This document shows, one piece after another, positions 44,825 to 53,916 of a stretch of 64,000 nt of DNA. A model generated the notes under the pieces. That model searched no databases, was not told the origin of the DNA, and saw only the letters and a list, made by a program, of their open reading frames with translations. The DNA lies in contig CAXMPK010000029.1 in NCBI GenBank assembly GCA_964195405.1, forward strand, positions 33,229 to 97,228, written 5' to 3'. Position 1 is the first letter of the stretch. Each line of letters starts with the position of its first letter. Source of the stretch: an uncultured Acidimicrobiia bacterium (lineage in GTDB: Bacteria; Actinomycetota; Acidimicrobiia; Spongiisociales; ZC4RG35). The position numbers were made by a program, and so were the translations under genes.

Positions 44825-46852
44825 ATGACAACACCGGACAGCACGATGGATCACAGACTTCTTGGTCTGAGCGATGGCCAAATTGTCGAGATGTATCGAT
44901 TGATGTTGATGGCTCGTCGAGTCGATGACCGGATGTGGGCCTTACAACGCCAAGGGCGGGCTGCCTTCGTATTGGGGGCCTCAGGACACGAGGCGATCCA
45001 GGTGGCATCGGTCTTCGCACTCGACCGATCCAAAGACTGGCTCTTGCCCTATTACCGGGACATGGGGGTAGCCCTTGCCTGGGGATTTGACCCCAAAGAG
45101 ATATTCCTGGGCGTATTTGCGAAAAGGGACGACCCGATGTCAGGTGGCCGTCAGCTCCCCAGTCATTGGTCAGACCCAGAGCGGAGAGTGTTCACCCAGT
45201 CATCGGTCATCGGAACCCAATTTCCTCATGCCGCTGGGATCGCCCACGGGCTCAAGCTGGGTGACACCGACGCTGTCGCCGTCGTCTACGGAGGCGAGGG
45301 AGCCACATCCGAAGGCGACTGGCATGAAGCGATGAATTGGGCGGGAATCCACAGACTTCCGCTGATATTTGTCATCGAAAACAACGGATACGCCATCTCG
45401 GTGCCCACCTCCGAGCAGGTTGCCGGCCGCATCTCCGATCGTGCGCAGGGGTACGGGTTCCCCGGCCACCACATAGATGGCAACGACCCTTTCCAGGTTC
45501 TCGAGACGATGCAGAAGGCGGTAACCCGGGCTCGTGCCGGCGAGGGCCCAACCCTGATCGAGGCTGAGACATATCGTTACTACGCGCACACATCTGACGA
45601 CAACGACACCCTCTACCGCACTCAAGAAGAAGTGGAGACCTGGCGTAAGCGGGACCCTCTGGCCAAGCTCCGCCAGTATCTGATCGAAGAGCGTCTCCTC
45701 ACCGAGGCACAGGAGACAGAGATCGACGAACAGGTGGTCACTCAGCTGGCCAAGGCCGTCGAATTCGCCGAGTCTTCGCCTGACCCCGACGAGCCGACCA
45801 GTCGGGTTTACACGAAGGTCATCGAGATCGGAATGGCGTCGACGGAGCCCGAACCCGCCATCGAGGGGGAGCGTGTCAACTTGATCACCGCCATCAACCG
45901 CACTCTCCACGAGGTGATGGAAAAGCACGACGACGTCATCATCTTTGGTGAGGATGTTGCCAGAAAGAAGGGCGGTGTCTTCAAGGCAACCAAAGAGCTG
46001 ACCGAACGATTCGGCTCGGCCCGATGCTTCAACGCACCCATTGCCGAGTCATCAATCATCGGCTGTGCCATCGGAATGGCTGCCAGTGGCTACAAAGTGA
46101 TCCCGGAGATCCAGTTCGCCGATTACATCCATCCTGCTTTCGACCAGATCGTCTCGGAGGCAGCTCGGATCAGCTACCGATCTGACGGTCGATGGAACTG
46201 CCCCATCGTGATTCGGACTCCCTATGGGGCGGGAATCCATGGTGCGCAGTATCACTCCCAATCCATTGAGGCCTTCTACGCACACGTTCCCGGGCTCAAG
46301 GTGGTGATCCCATCAACACCGGCCGATGCAAAAGGCCTGCTCCACACTGCCGTCGAAGACCCCGACCCGGTCATATTCATCGAGCCCAAGAAGCTCTACC
46401 GCCTTGCCAAGGGCCCATTTCCAGAAGGCGACTACCACATCCCCCTGGGCAAGGCCGCAATCCGCCATGTCGGGACTGACCTGACGATCATCGCCTATGG
46501 CGCCATGGCCCACTTCGCGATGGAGGCTGTCCCGGTCCTGGAGAATTTGGGTATCAGCCCAGAGGTGATCGACCTGCGGAGCCTGCGCCCCCTCGACTGG
46601 CCGACCATCGAAGCATCGGTCAAGAAAACGGCCCGGGCCCTGATCGTCCACGAGGACAATGAGTTCGGTGGGTACGGCGCCGAGATCGCGGCCCAGATCG
46701 CCGACAAGACCTTCGAATGGCTGGACGCACCAGTGAAACGATATGGCCTCCCCGATGTGCCCGTGATGCCCTACGCAGGATCCCTCGAGCATGCCCTCTA
46801 CCCCACTCCCGAGACCATCGTGGAGAGAGCCCAGGAGTTGGCGAAATATTGA
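44825..46852 (+). CDS. 2-oxoacid (branched-chain type) dehydrogenase E1 component, fused alpha and beta subunits
   Basis: Alpha part has the TPP motif GEGATSEGDWHEAMNWAGIHRLPLIFVIENNGYAIS. Beta part has CFNAPIAESSIIGCAIGMA and the transketolase-C region. A single 675-aa ORF starting 4 nt after the dehydrogenase stop. Confidence 0.85.
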   Translation: MTTPDSTMDHRLLGLSDGQIVEMYRLMLMARRVDDRMWALQRQGRAAFVLGASGHEAIQVASVFALDRSKDWLLPYYRDMGVALAWGFDPKEIFLGVFAKRDDPMSGGRQLPSHWSDPERRVFTQSSVIGTQFPHAAGIAHGLKLGDTDAVAVVYGGEGATSEGDWHEAMNWAGIHRLPLIFVIENNGYAISVPTSEQVAGRISDRAQGYGFPGHHIDGNDPFQVLETMQKAVTRARAGEGPTLIEAETYRYYAHTSDDNDTLYRTQEEVETWRKRDPLAKLRQYLIEERLLTEAQETEIDEQVVTQLAKAVEFAESSPDPDEPTSRVYTKVIEIGMASTEPEPAIEGERVNLITAINRTLHEVMEKHDDVIIFGEDVARKKGGVFKATKELTERFGSARCFNAPIAESSIIGCAIGMAASGYKVIPEIQFADYIHPAFDQIVSEAARISYRSDGRWNCPIVIRTPYGAGIHGAQYHSQSIEAFYAHVPGLKVVIPSTPADAKGLLHTAVEDPDPVIFIEPKKLYRLAKGPFPEGDYHIPLGKAAIRHVGTDLTIIAYGAMAHFAMEAVPVLENLGISPEVIDLRSLRPLDWPTIEASVKKTARALIVHEDNEFGGYGAEIAAQIADKTFEWLDAPVKRYGLPDVPVMPYAGSLEHALYPTPETIVERAQELAKY

Positions 46853-46854
46853 CA

Positions 46855-46898
46855 AGCGTGTGCAGCCATGGCCCTGTGAGGGCTTCGGCTGCACACGC
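46855..46898 (+). repeat. 44-nt nested-hairpin element, copy 1 (between the E1 stop and the argS start)
   Basis: agcgtgtgcagccatggccctgtgagggcttcggctgcacacgc. The outer 10-bp stem is gcgtgtgcag/ctgcacacgc and the inner stem is gccc/gggc. 39/44 identical to 61376-61419. Confidence 0.9.
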
Positions 46899-46911
46899 TT
46901 CTAGTGTTCCG

Positions 46912-48639
46912 ATGATGTCGTTGCAGACCCATCTCTCCGATCTGACCGGTCAGGCGTTTGCAGATCTCGGTTTACCCGCCGACCTCGGCGAGGTGTTGCC
47001 TTCGCAACGTCCGGAGCTGGCCCAGTATCAATGCAACGGGGCGATGGCTGCCGCCAAAGAGGCAGGGAAACCACCAAGGGAGATCGCCGAAGCCGTTGCC
47101 TCAACGCTGGCAGGCGAATCGGAGATAGCTTCGACCGAAGTGGCAGGGCCCGGCTTCATCAACATCATCCTCACCGACGAGACGCTCGCCGATTGGGGCG
47201 GGAGGGCCGCCACCGACGATCATCTTGGATTCGAGAAGACGACCGACCCGATAACAGTTGTCGTCGACTACGCCGGCCCCAACGTTGCCAAGGCGATGCA
47301 TGTCGGCCACCTTCGGGCCACCATCATCGGTGACTCTCTCGCCCGTCTTTTCTCTTTTTCCGGGCACAACGTGATCAGAGACCCTCACTTCGGTGACTGG
47401 GGATTCCAAATGGGGCTTCTCATAACCGCGGTCAACGAAGAGAGCATCGATGCCGCATCGATCACGCTCCAGGATCTGCAAAGGATCTATCCGGAAGCGG
47501 CGACGCGTGCCGGCGAGAACAAGGCATTTTCCGACAAGGCACGCCAAGCGACCGTCCGTCTCCAGGCCGGAGACCCTCAAAGCCTCGACGTCTGGCGGCA
47601 AATGAAGACGGTGTCTGAGGCATCGCAACGACAAGATTTCGCTGCTCTCGGTGTCAATTTCGACCTTTGGTATGGCGAGTCCGACGTACACGATCGACTC
47701 GCATCGCTAGTCGACCAGCTCGTGGCCAGTGGTGTTGCGGTCGAGTCCAACGGTGCGCTCGTTGTTCCCATCGAGAGGCCTGACGACAACCGGAAATGGC
47801 CCCCGCTGATCCTGCGGTCCTCGGCCGGTGGATTTCTCTACTCCACAACCGACGTTGCCACGATCCAGCTGCGAGTCGACGAACTCCACGCCGACCTTGT
47901 GCTCTATGTCGTCGATCATCGCCAGGGTGACCACTTCATCCAGGTGTTCCGCACCGCACGCAAAGGGGGGATAGCGCCCGATACGGTTCGACTCGAGCAC
48001 ATTGGATTCGGCACGATGAACGGCCCAGATGGAAAGCCTTTCAAGACGAGAGAGGGAGGCGTGGTCCGTCTCGGTGATGTGATCGAGATGATAACCGACG
48101 CCGCCCGAGCCCGGCTCGACGAGGCTCAACTGGCGGCAGACTACCCCGAGAAGGAGAAGAGTCGGATCGCTGGACAGGTGGGTGTTGCCGCTCTGAAATT
48201 CGGGGACTTGATCAACAACCGTTCTAGCGACTACGTCTTTGACATTGACCGATTCGGTTCGTTCGAAGGTAAGACCGGGCCTTACCTCCAGTACACCGCT
48301 GTTCGAATCAACTCGATTCTTCGTAAGGCAAATGCTCAGAAGCTGTCGCCGGGAGAGATCCGCCCTCCGGCCCTGGCCGTCGAGAGAGCCTTGATGCTTG
48401 AGCTTCTTCACATGCCAGAGGTGATCGATCGAGCCATCGACCTACGGGCGCCCAACCACGTCGCCGAATACGCCTACGGGCTGGCTGGGAAGTTCAACCG
48501 TTTCTACGACACCTGTCACATCCTCTCCGAAGGGGACCCCTTAAAACAGGGCTCGTGGCTGGCATTGTCTGCTTGGACCCTGGATGCAATCACCCGACTC
48601 CTCGACTTGCTTGGCATCGAGGTCCCGGACCGGATGTAG
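46912..48639 (+). CDS. argS: arginine--tRNA ligase
   Basis: 575 aa. N-terminal Arg-tRNA-synthetase add-on domain, AMHVGHLRATIIGD (HIGH), anticodon-binding C-terminus ending in M. Confidence 0.9.
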   Translation: MMSLQTHLSDLTGQAFADLGLPADLGEVLPSQRPELAQYQCNGAMAAAKEAGKPPREIAEAVASTLAGESEIASTEVAGPGFINIILTDETLADWGGRAATDDHLGFEKTTDPITVVVDYAGPNVAKAMHVGHLRATIIGDSLARLFSFSGHNVIRDPHFGDWGFQMGLLITAVNEESIDAASITLQDLQRIYPEAATRAGENKAFSDKARQATVRLQAGDPQSLDVWRQMKTVSEASQRQDFAALGVNFDLWYGESDVHDRLASLVDQLVASGVAVESNGALVVPIERPDDNRKWPPLILRSSAGGFLYSTTDVATIQLRVDELHADLVLYVVDHRQGDHFIQVFRTARKGGIAPDTVRLEHIGFGTMNGPDGKPFKTREGGVVRLGDVIEMITDAARARLDEAQLAADYPEKEKSRIAGQVGVAALKFGDLINNRSSDYVFDIDRFGSFEGKTGPYLQYTAVRINSILRKANAQKLSPGEIRPPALAVERALMLELLHMPEVIDRAIDLRAPNHVAEYAYGLAGKFNRFYDTCHILSEGDPLKQGSWLALSAWTLDAITRLLDLLGIEVPDRM

Positions 48640-48641
48640 TC

Positions 48642-49484
48642 ATGGCCTTCGAAGTCAGGCCCGCCCGATCCGAAGATGTGGAGCACATCGTTCCCTGGAC
48701 CACCAACACCTTCAGTTGGGGTGACTATGTGCCCGACCGGTTGCAGTCTTGGCTCACAGACGATTCCTCGACGGTCCTTGTCGCCACCGTCGAACGCGAC
48801 CCAGTGGCCCTCGTCCATGGCTTGATGCTCTCCTCATCCGAGGCATGGCTGGAGGCAGCGCGGGTGCACCCCGACCATCGCCGTGCCGGACTCGGGAACG
48901 CACTCAATGGGGCAGGTGTGGAGTGGGCGAGAGAAAGGGGTGCCAAAATGGTCGGGCTCGCCATTGAGGCCACTAACAAGCTAGCGACCACCCAGGTCCT
49001 CGCCCTCGGCTTCCGCCAAACCTCATCTTGGACCCACGCGGAGTGCACCCCCACCCGGCTGTCCGAGGGCCATGGCAACAGAGAACTCCGCCCGGGGACC
49101 GGTCCCGACGTCGATGCAGCCTGGGTGTTCTGGTCGTCGAGTGAACTGAACAGAGCAGGCCGAGGTTTGATTGCCGAAGGCTGGCAATGGCGCACCGCGA
49201 AACCGGCCGATCTTGTGACCGGAGCCGGGTCGGGTCACTTCTTCCAGTCGCCGGTCGGATGGTTGTTGGCCGATCAGCCTGAGCAGCGGCTGCTTCGAGT
49301 CACTTGGATGGCGACGGCACCGGAGGACGCACCAAGTTTCCTCGAAGGCGTCATGGACCTTGCCCAGAACCGAAATGCCCAATCGGTTTCCATCAAGGCG
49401 CCAAACCTTCCTTGGATGACAGAAGCCATCAGACGCGTCGGCGGAGAGCCAAAGGAGATTCTGGTCTTCTCGAAGTCGATCTAG
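48642..49484 (+). CDS. GNAT-family N-acetyltransferase with extra C-terminal domain
   Basis: VHPDHRRAGLGNALNGAGVEWARERG (acetyl-CoA binding R/Q-x-x-G-x-G/A). ATG lies 2 nt after the argS stop. Confidence 0.7.
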   Translation: MAFEVRPARSEDVEHIVPWTTNTFSWGDYVPDRLQSWLTDDSSTVLVATVERDPVALVHGLMLSSSEAWLEAARVHPDHRRAGLGNALNGAGVEWARERGAKMVGLAIEATNKLATTQVLALGFRQTSSWTHAECTPTRLSEGHGNRELRPGTGPDVDAAWVFWSSSELNRAGRGLIAEGWQWRTAKPADLVTGAGSGHFFQSPVGWLLADQPEQRLLRVTWMATAPEDAPSFLEGVMDLAQNRNAQSVSIKAPNLPWMTEAIRRVGGEPKEILVFSKSI

Positions 49485-50035
49485 GTCAAAATCATCATCG
49501 CGGCGACTGTCCAGACCACAAACATCACCGGCACATCGGACCTGTGAACCCACTCGGCTTCAACGGGTAGCCCCCGGGCGAGCAAGGAGAGAGGCACCCC
49601 GATCAACGGCATCACCGTCATCCCAGCGACTCCGACGGATCGAATTCCCTCGGTACCTTGGTGGAGCGGATCGGGAAGACCGTCCAGGAGTCCGGTTATC
49701 AGGCCATGAACCAATAGGGCTCCGAACCCGACCCCAAATACCGCGAGAGTCCGACCGATGCCCACCTCCCAAAGCTTGAAGCCGACGAGCCGCCGCCCAC
49801 GACCCAAGGGGCCTTCAGACGCAACGCCAAAACAGAAGAGACCGCTTACACCGAGAACGATTGCCGAGATCAACAATGGAGCGGTTTCCAGCCCGCCAGC
49901 CACATCGACGAGACCGAAGCCTGCGAGGAGAACAGCAATGGACAGCCCGACAAGAAGACTCCCGAGCACCATCAACCCGACGTCGAGCATGGTGCCCAGC
50001 GCCCCGTAGGCAAGGATTGCATACCGCTTCAACAT
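49481..50035 (-). CDS. hypothetical integral membrane protein
   Basis: About 184 aa from MLKRYAILAYG. 5-6 hydrophobic helices. No family recognised. Confidence 0.45.
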   Translation of the reverse strand: MLKRYAILAYGALGTMLDVGLMVLGSLLVGLSIAVLLAGFGLVDVAGGLETAPLLISAIVLGVSGLFCFGVASEGPLGRGRRLVGFKLWEVGIGRTLAVFGVGFGALLVHGLITGLLDGLPDPLHQGTEGIRSVGVAGMTVMPLIGVPLSLLARGLPVEAEWVHRSDVPVMFVVWTVAAMMILT

Positions 50036-50067
50036 GGCGAATGCTCCCTGAGAAACTGCCCTTTCCG

Positions 50068-51291
50068 TCACCCTGTCAAATCCTCCTCTATCGCCCGCAG
50101 ATACCACTCGATCGGATGTGCCACCTCATGGTTGTCACCCAGGTAGCTCCTCAGCTGCATTTCGCATCCGGGATTTGCCGACGCGACCCGATCAACACCT
50201 GTTGAACGCACTTGGTCGGCCTTTTGGTTTCCAAGTTGTTCCGATGCCTCTGGTTGTGTGATCGTGTAGATGCCGGCGGCCCCGCAGCACATGCCGTTCG
50301 GATCGGTCTCCACGACTTCATACCCGGCTGCAGCCAGGATCAGCCTTGGCTCATCGATAACCCGTTGGGCATGACGCAAATGACATGGATCCTGGATAGC
50401 AATTCTCCCCCGGGCCACCCGACTCTGGGGTAGGCGGCCTTCTTCGATGGCTCTGGCGATGGCGACCGTGATGTCGAGCGCCGCCTCCGCCACCTGCTCA
50501 CCGCTCTCGGCCCAATGGTCGTAGCCGGCGAGGTGAGCCGAGCATCCGGCAGCGGTGGCCACGACAGCCTCGTAGTCGGAGAAGACCTCGGTATTAGCGA
50601 CGGCAAAGGAACGGGCCGCGGCAGTCTTGCCATCGTGTGCCGCCAGGGCTCCGCAACATGTCTGACTTAGGGGAGCCTCAACTCGATGACCAGCCATCTC
50701 GAGGAGACGCACCGCTGCCTGGTTTACGGGTCGGAACCATTGATCCTGGACACATCCGGTAAGTAGACCGATCGTCCCGGCGTCGCCCGAACCACCGCTG
50801 TGCCCAACCACAGCCTTTGGTCGGCCAGACAAACGACGTAGTCCGCTGGTGACCCTCTGGTACTTCTTGGGGGCCACTCCAGTCATCCCCAAACTTTGGA
50901 AGACGGAAAGGAGGAACGTTCCGACCCGCAACAACCCACGCGAGCCCAGGGCCGTCCCGAGCTGCCACCGACGTTCCTTGCTACGCCCCGGGAGTTGTGC
51001 CGAGATCTCCGCCCGTGCCCCCTCCAATGCCCGTCCATATGGAACAAGACCGGGACAAACCGGCTCACACGCACGACACCCCAGACAGAAGTCGATGATG
51101 TCGGCGAAGACCTCGTCGACCTCCACGATGCCCTGATCCACCGCCGACATCGCGAGAAGACGACCTCGAGGAGAGGCTGTCTCGCGACCGGTGAGCCTGA
51201 AGGTGGGACAAACCGGAAGACAGAGCCCACACTGAACGCAGGCATCTAACTCCTGGCGGGTCGGGTGATCGGCGGTGACCCAGGCGATCAC
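50068..51291 (-). CDS. glcF: glycolate oxidase-like (Fe-S)-binding subunit
   Basis: CVQCGLCLPVCPT and CLGCRACEPVCP, followed by CCG-type Cys-rich domains. Coupled to the two upstream FAD subunits. Confidence 0.8.
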   Translation of the reverse strand: MIAWVTADHPTRQELDACVQCGLCLPVCPTFRLTGRETASPRGRLLAMSAVDQGIVEVDEVFADIIDFCLGCRACEPVCPGLVPYGRALEGARAEISAQLPGRSKERRWQLGTALGSRGLLRVGTFLLSVFQSLGMTGVAPKKYQRVTSGLRRLSGRPKAVVGHSGGSGDAGTIGLLTGCVQDQWFRPVNQAAVRLLEMAGHRVEAPLSQTCCGALAAHDGKTAAARSFAVANTEVFSDYEAVVATAAGCSAHLAGYDHWAESGEQVAEAALDITVAIARAIEEGRLPQSRVARGRIAIQDPCHLRHAQRVIDEPRLILAAAGYEVVETDPNGMCCGAAGIYTITQPEASEQLGNQKADQVRSTGVDRVASANPGCEMQLRSYLGDNHEVAHPIEWYLRAIEEDLTG

Positions 51292-52388
51292 AAACCTCCT
51301 GGTAGACGACCTGGATTGATGACGCGGGCCGGGTCAAACTCCGCGATCAGTCTCCTCTGAACATCGATGGCGGGGAGTGACCCTCCCCAAGGGTCGAATC
51401 CGTCGAGCCCGCCGACGGGCGCTCGGGTCACAACGAGATGACCTCCAACGGCCTCGGCCCACCCACGCAGCTCACTCGCTCCGTCCAAGCCTTCAGAGGC
51501 GGCTCGCAATTCGCCGACGCCGTGGAGTGCTACAAAATCCCAACTGTCGCGCAGATGGCCCACGGCTTCCGCTGTGAGGGCAGGAGGCACCCGCAGCGAC
51601 CAGCCAAACTCACCATCCGGATCGGATGGCCAAAGGTGGCCCTCGTCAACGTCGCCATCCAACTTCGCTGCTTTTGCCGCAACATCAGCCGTCGTTCCCC
51701 AAATGAAGACCCGGGTGGACTCGCGGTCCTCCAGGACCGCCAGAGGTCGGGCGACTCGCTGAGCATCGTCGGCCGTGCCGACAGTCACAGTTGCCCGGTC
51801 GGGGGGAGCCGGCCACAGCCTCAGACACACCGACACCACCACGCCAAGACTCCCGAAGGCACCGACCATCAGGCGGGGCAGGTCGTACCCAGTGACGTTC
51901 TTGACCACACGACCACCGCCACGAATGATACGACCGTCCCCGGTGACCACAGTGGCCTCCAGAACCCGCTCCCGTGTTCCATACAAGCGGGTACGTCGGA
52001 ACCCCGAAGCACCAGTCGCTATCACGCCACCGATGGTGGAGGCCCCCGGCACTTCGGGCAGAACTGCAGTCTGATTACGTTCAGAGAGCATCAACTCGAT
52101 TACCTCAACCGATGCCCCCGCCCCAACAACGAGGGTGAGGTCGTCGGGCTCCCATTTCTCGACCTCAACGAGGCCTTGCATCGACATCACAATGTCCGGC
52201 TCGGGCGGTGCGCCAAATCCGGACCGAGTGCCCCCGCCCCAAACCTGGACGTTCAACCCTTTATCCGACGCATGCCTGAGAATCGAAGCAACGTCCTGGG
52301 GGTTGCGAGGTACCAGTTTGAGCGGGGCGTCGGGAGCACCCGGCACGTCTGTTTCGAGTCGAGCGAGATGAACCGGCGGTGCGGTCAC
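51288..52388 (-). CDS. glcE: glycolate oxidase-like FAD-binding subunit
   Basis: FAD-binding PCMH-type domain (VQVWGGGTRSGFG). GTG in a GTGA overlap with the glcD stop. Confidence 0.75.
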   Translation of the reverse strand: MTAPPVHLARLETDVPGAPDAPLKLVPRNPQDVASILRHASDKGLNVQVWGGGTRSGFGAPPEPDIVMSMQGLVEVEKWEPDDLTLVVGAGASVEVIELMLSERNQTAVLPEVPGASTIGGVIATGASGFRRTRLYGTRERVLEATVVTGDGRIIRGGGRVVKNVTGYDLPRLMVGAFGSLGVVVSVCLRLWPAPPDRATVTVGTADDAQRVARPLAVLEDRESTRVFIWGTTADVAAKAAKLDGDVDEGHLWPSDPDGEFGWSLRVPPALTAEAVGHLRDSWDFVALHGVGELRAASEGLDGASELRGWAEAVGGHLVVTRAPVGGLDGFDPWGGSLPAIDVQRRLIAEFDPARVINPGRLPGGL

Positions 52389-53818
52389 ACCCAGACACCT
52401 TCCGGCAGCTCCTGGCGGCGGAGGCCGCCGAAATCGAAACAACGTGAACCGGCGGGAAGAACCTTGTTTGGGTTGAAAACACCACCAGGATCGATGGCCT
52501 CCTTCAGACGCGCCTGAGCATCGAGATCGAGGTCGGTGAAGTTGTCTCGCATCATGTCCCGCTTCTCGAGCCCGATCCCGTGTTCGCCCGAAAGAGCACC
52601 ACCGTTCTTGAGACAGACGGCGACTATCTCGTCACCTGCGTCGTGAACTCTCTGGTTGATGTCAGGCTCCGAAGCGTCAAAGGCGATCAGAGGATGGAGG
52701 TTGCCGTCGCCGGCGTGAAAAACATTGAGCATCGTCAAGTCATAGCGGTCGGCGATTTCGTATACCGCTTTCATAGTCTCAACCAGCCTGGTTCTGGGGA
52801 CAACTGCGTCGTGGAGGTAGTAGTCGGGCGCCAACTGGGCGATGGCGCCGAAGGCCGACTTCCGTCCTTTCCACAGCAGGGCGCGGTGCTCCTCGGTCTC
52901 GGCGACCTCAACGCTGGTAGCACCGTTTGAGGTGGCGATGTCGGCGATCAGCCCCGCCTCAGCCTCAACGCCTTCGGTCTCGCCCACCACCTCCGCCAGT
53001 AGGACAGCCGCAGCCTCTGTCGGTAGCCCGGCGTGAAGCCAATTCTCAACGACCTCGACCATCCGCTTGTCCATGAGCTCCAAAGCAGCCGGGACCACGC
53101 CGGCCGCAATCACCTGGGACACGGTCGTAGCGGAGCTCTCGACCGAGGGGAAAGCCATCAACATGGTGCGAACGTCCGGATCGAGTGGGATGAGCCGCAC
53201 CAGGGCCCTGGTGACGATCCCCATGGTCCCCTCGGAGCCCACAATCAGACCTTTGAGATCGAGGCCGGGGGGGTCGGGTGCCTGACCTCCGAGAACCACC
53301 ACTTCGCCACCAGCCAGGACCACCTCGAGACCAAGGACATGACTTGTGGTACTTCCCTCTGCAAGACAGTGAGGCCCGCCGGAGTTGTTGGCGACGTTCC
53401 CACCGATCGTGCAGGCTGACTGCGATGAAGGGTCAGGCGCGAACTGGAGACCGTATTGGGCGGCCGCTTTGGTGAGGTCGAGGTTGATAACACCGGCGCC
53501 AACCCATGCGGTTCGATTCTCGACGTCAATCTCCATCGATTTGAGCGCAGTCGTGACTACGACGATGCCACCTTCAGTAGGACTGGCTCCCGCGGCCAGA
53601 CCGGTGCCCGCTCCCCTGGCCACAATCGGTACCTTGTGGGCCTCGGCGATTTTGACGATCCCGGCCACATCTTCAACGTTTTGGGGAAAGGCAACCGCGT
53701 TGGCCTGACCGCGGATTAGGGAGGCGTCTTTGGCGTAGATGTGCAGCTCTAACGGCTCTTCGAGGACATTTTCCTCTCCCAAGACTTGACGCAGCTCGTC
53801 GACGTAGCCCATGACCAC
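52385..53818 (-). CDS. glcD: FAD-linked oxidase (glycolate oxidase subunit GlcD-like)
   Basis: PIVARGAGTGLAAGA, the FAD-oxidase C-terminal domain, and HAGDGNLHP. 477 aa. Confidence 0.85.
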   Translation of the reverse strand: MVMGYVDELRQVLGEENVLEEPLELHIYAKDASLIRGQANAVAFPQNVEDVAGIVKIAEAHKVPIVARGAGTGLAAGASPTEGGIVVVTTALKSMEIDVENRTAWVGAGVINLDLTKAAAQYGLQFAPDPSSQSACTIGGNVANNSGGPHCLAEGSTTSHVLGLEVVLAGGEVVVLGGQAPDPPGLDLKGLIVGSEGTMGIVTRALVRLIPLDPDVRTMLMAFPSVESSATTVSQVIAAGVVPAALELMDKRMVEVVENWLHAGLPTEAAAVLLAEVVGETEGVEAEAGLIADIATSNGATSVEVAETEEHRALLWKGRKSAFGAIAQLAPDYYLHDAVVPRTRLVETMKAVYEIADRYDLTMLNVFHAGDGNLHPLIAFDASEPDINQRVHDAGDEIVAVCLKNGGALSGEHGIGLEKRDMMRDNFTDLDLDAQARLKEAIDPGGVFNPNKVLPAGSRCFDFGGLRRQELPEGVWV

Positions 53819-53843
53819 AGAGTACCCACTGTCATCCCAACCG

Positions 53844-53890
53844 TTCTGTGAAGATTTTCTAGGCCTATACCCCTAAAAACCTTCACAGAA
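53844..53890. other. AT-rich imperfect 18-bp stem-loop between hyuB stop and glcD start
   Basis: ttctgtgaag (53844-53853) pairs with cttcacagaa (53881-53890). Inner tttt(c)tagg pairs with cctaaaa. 8-nt loop. Possible terminator or processing site for the minus-strand hyu transcript. Confidence 0.5.
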
Positions 53891-53916
53891 TGGGTAATTC
53901 GGGAACTCTGAGACTC

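Noticed and set aside
46855-46898. T-box, ZTP/pfl or other known riboswitch upstream of argS/purA
   Set aside because: The element is only 44 nt and shows none of the conserved cores (T-box specifier/antiterminator, pfl GGGUCGUGA...CCGCCUGGGC). It is kept as an unclassified repeat.
46717-46911. Upstream 65-codon extension of the argS ORF
   Set aside because: It overlaps the 3' end of the E1 gene and runs through the 44-nt hairpin. ArgS-like sequence begins at MMSLQTHLSDL (46912).
53844-53890. Rex or CRP/FNR operator (TGTGA...TCACA half-sites)
   Set aside because: The half-sites are 27 nt apart instead of about 6. I found no convincing TGTGAA-N(4-6)-TTCACA site upstream of nuoA, rex or the respiratory operons in this window.
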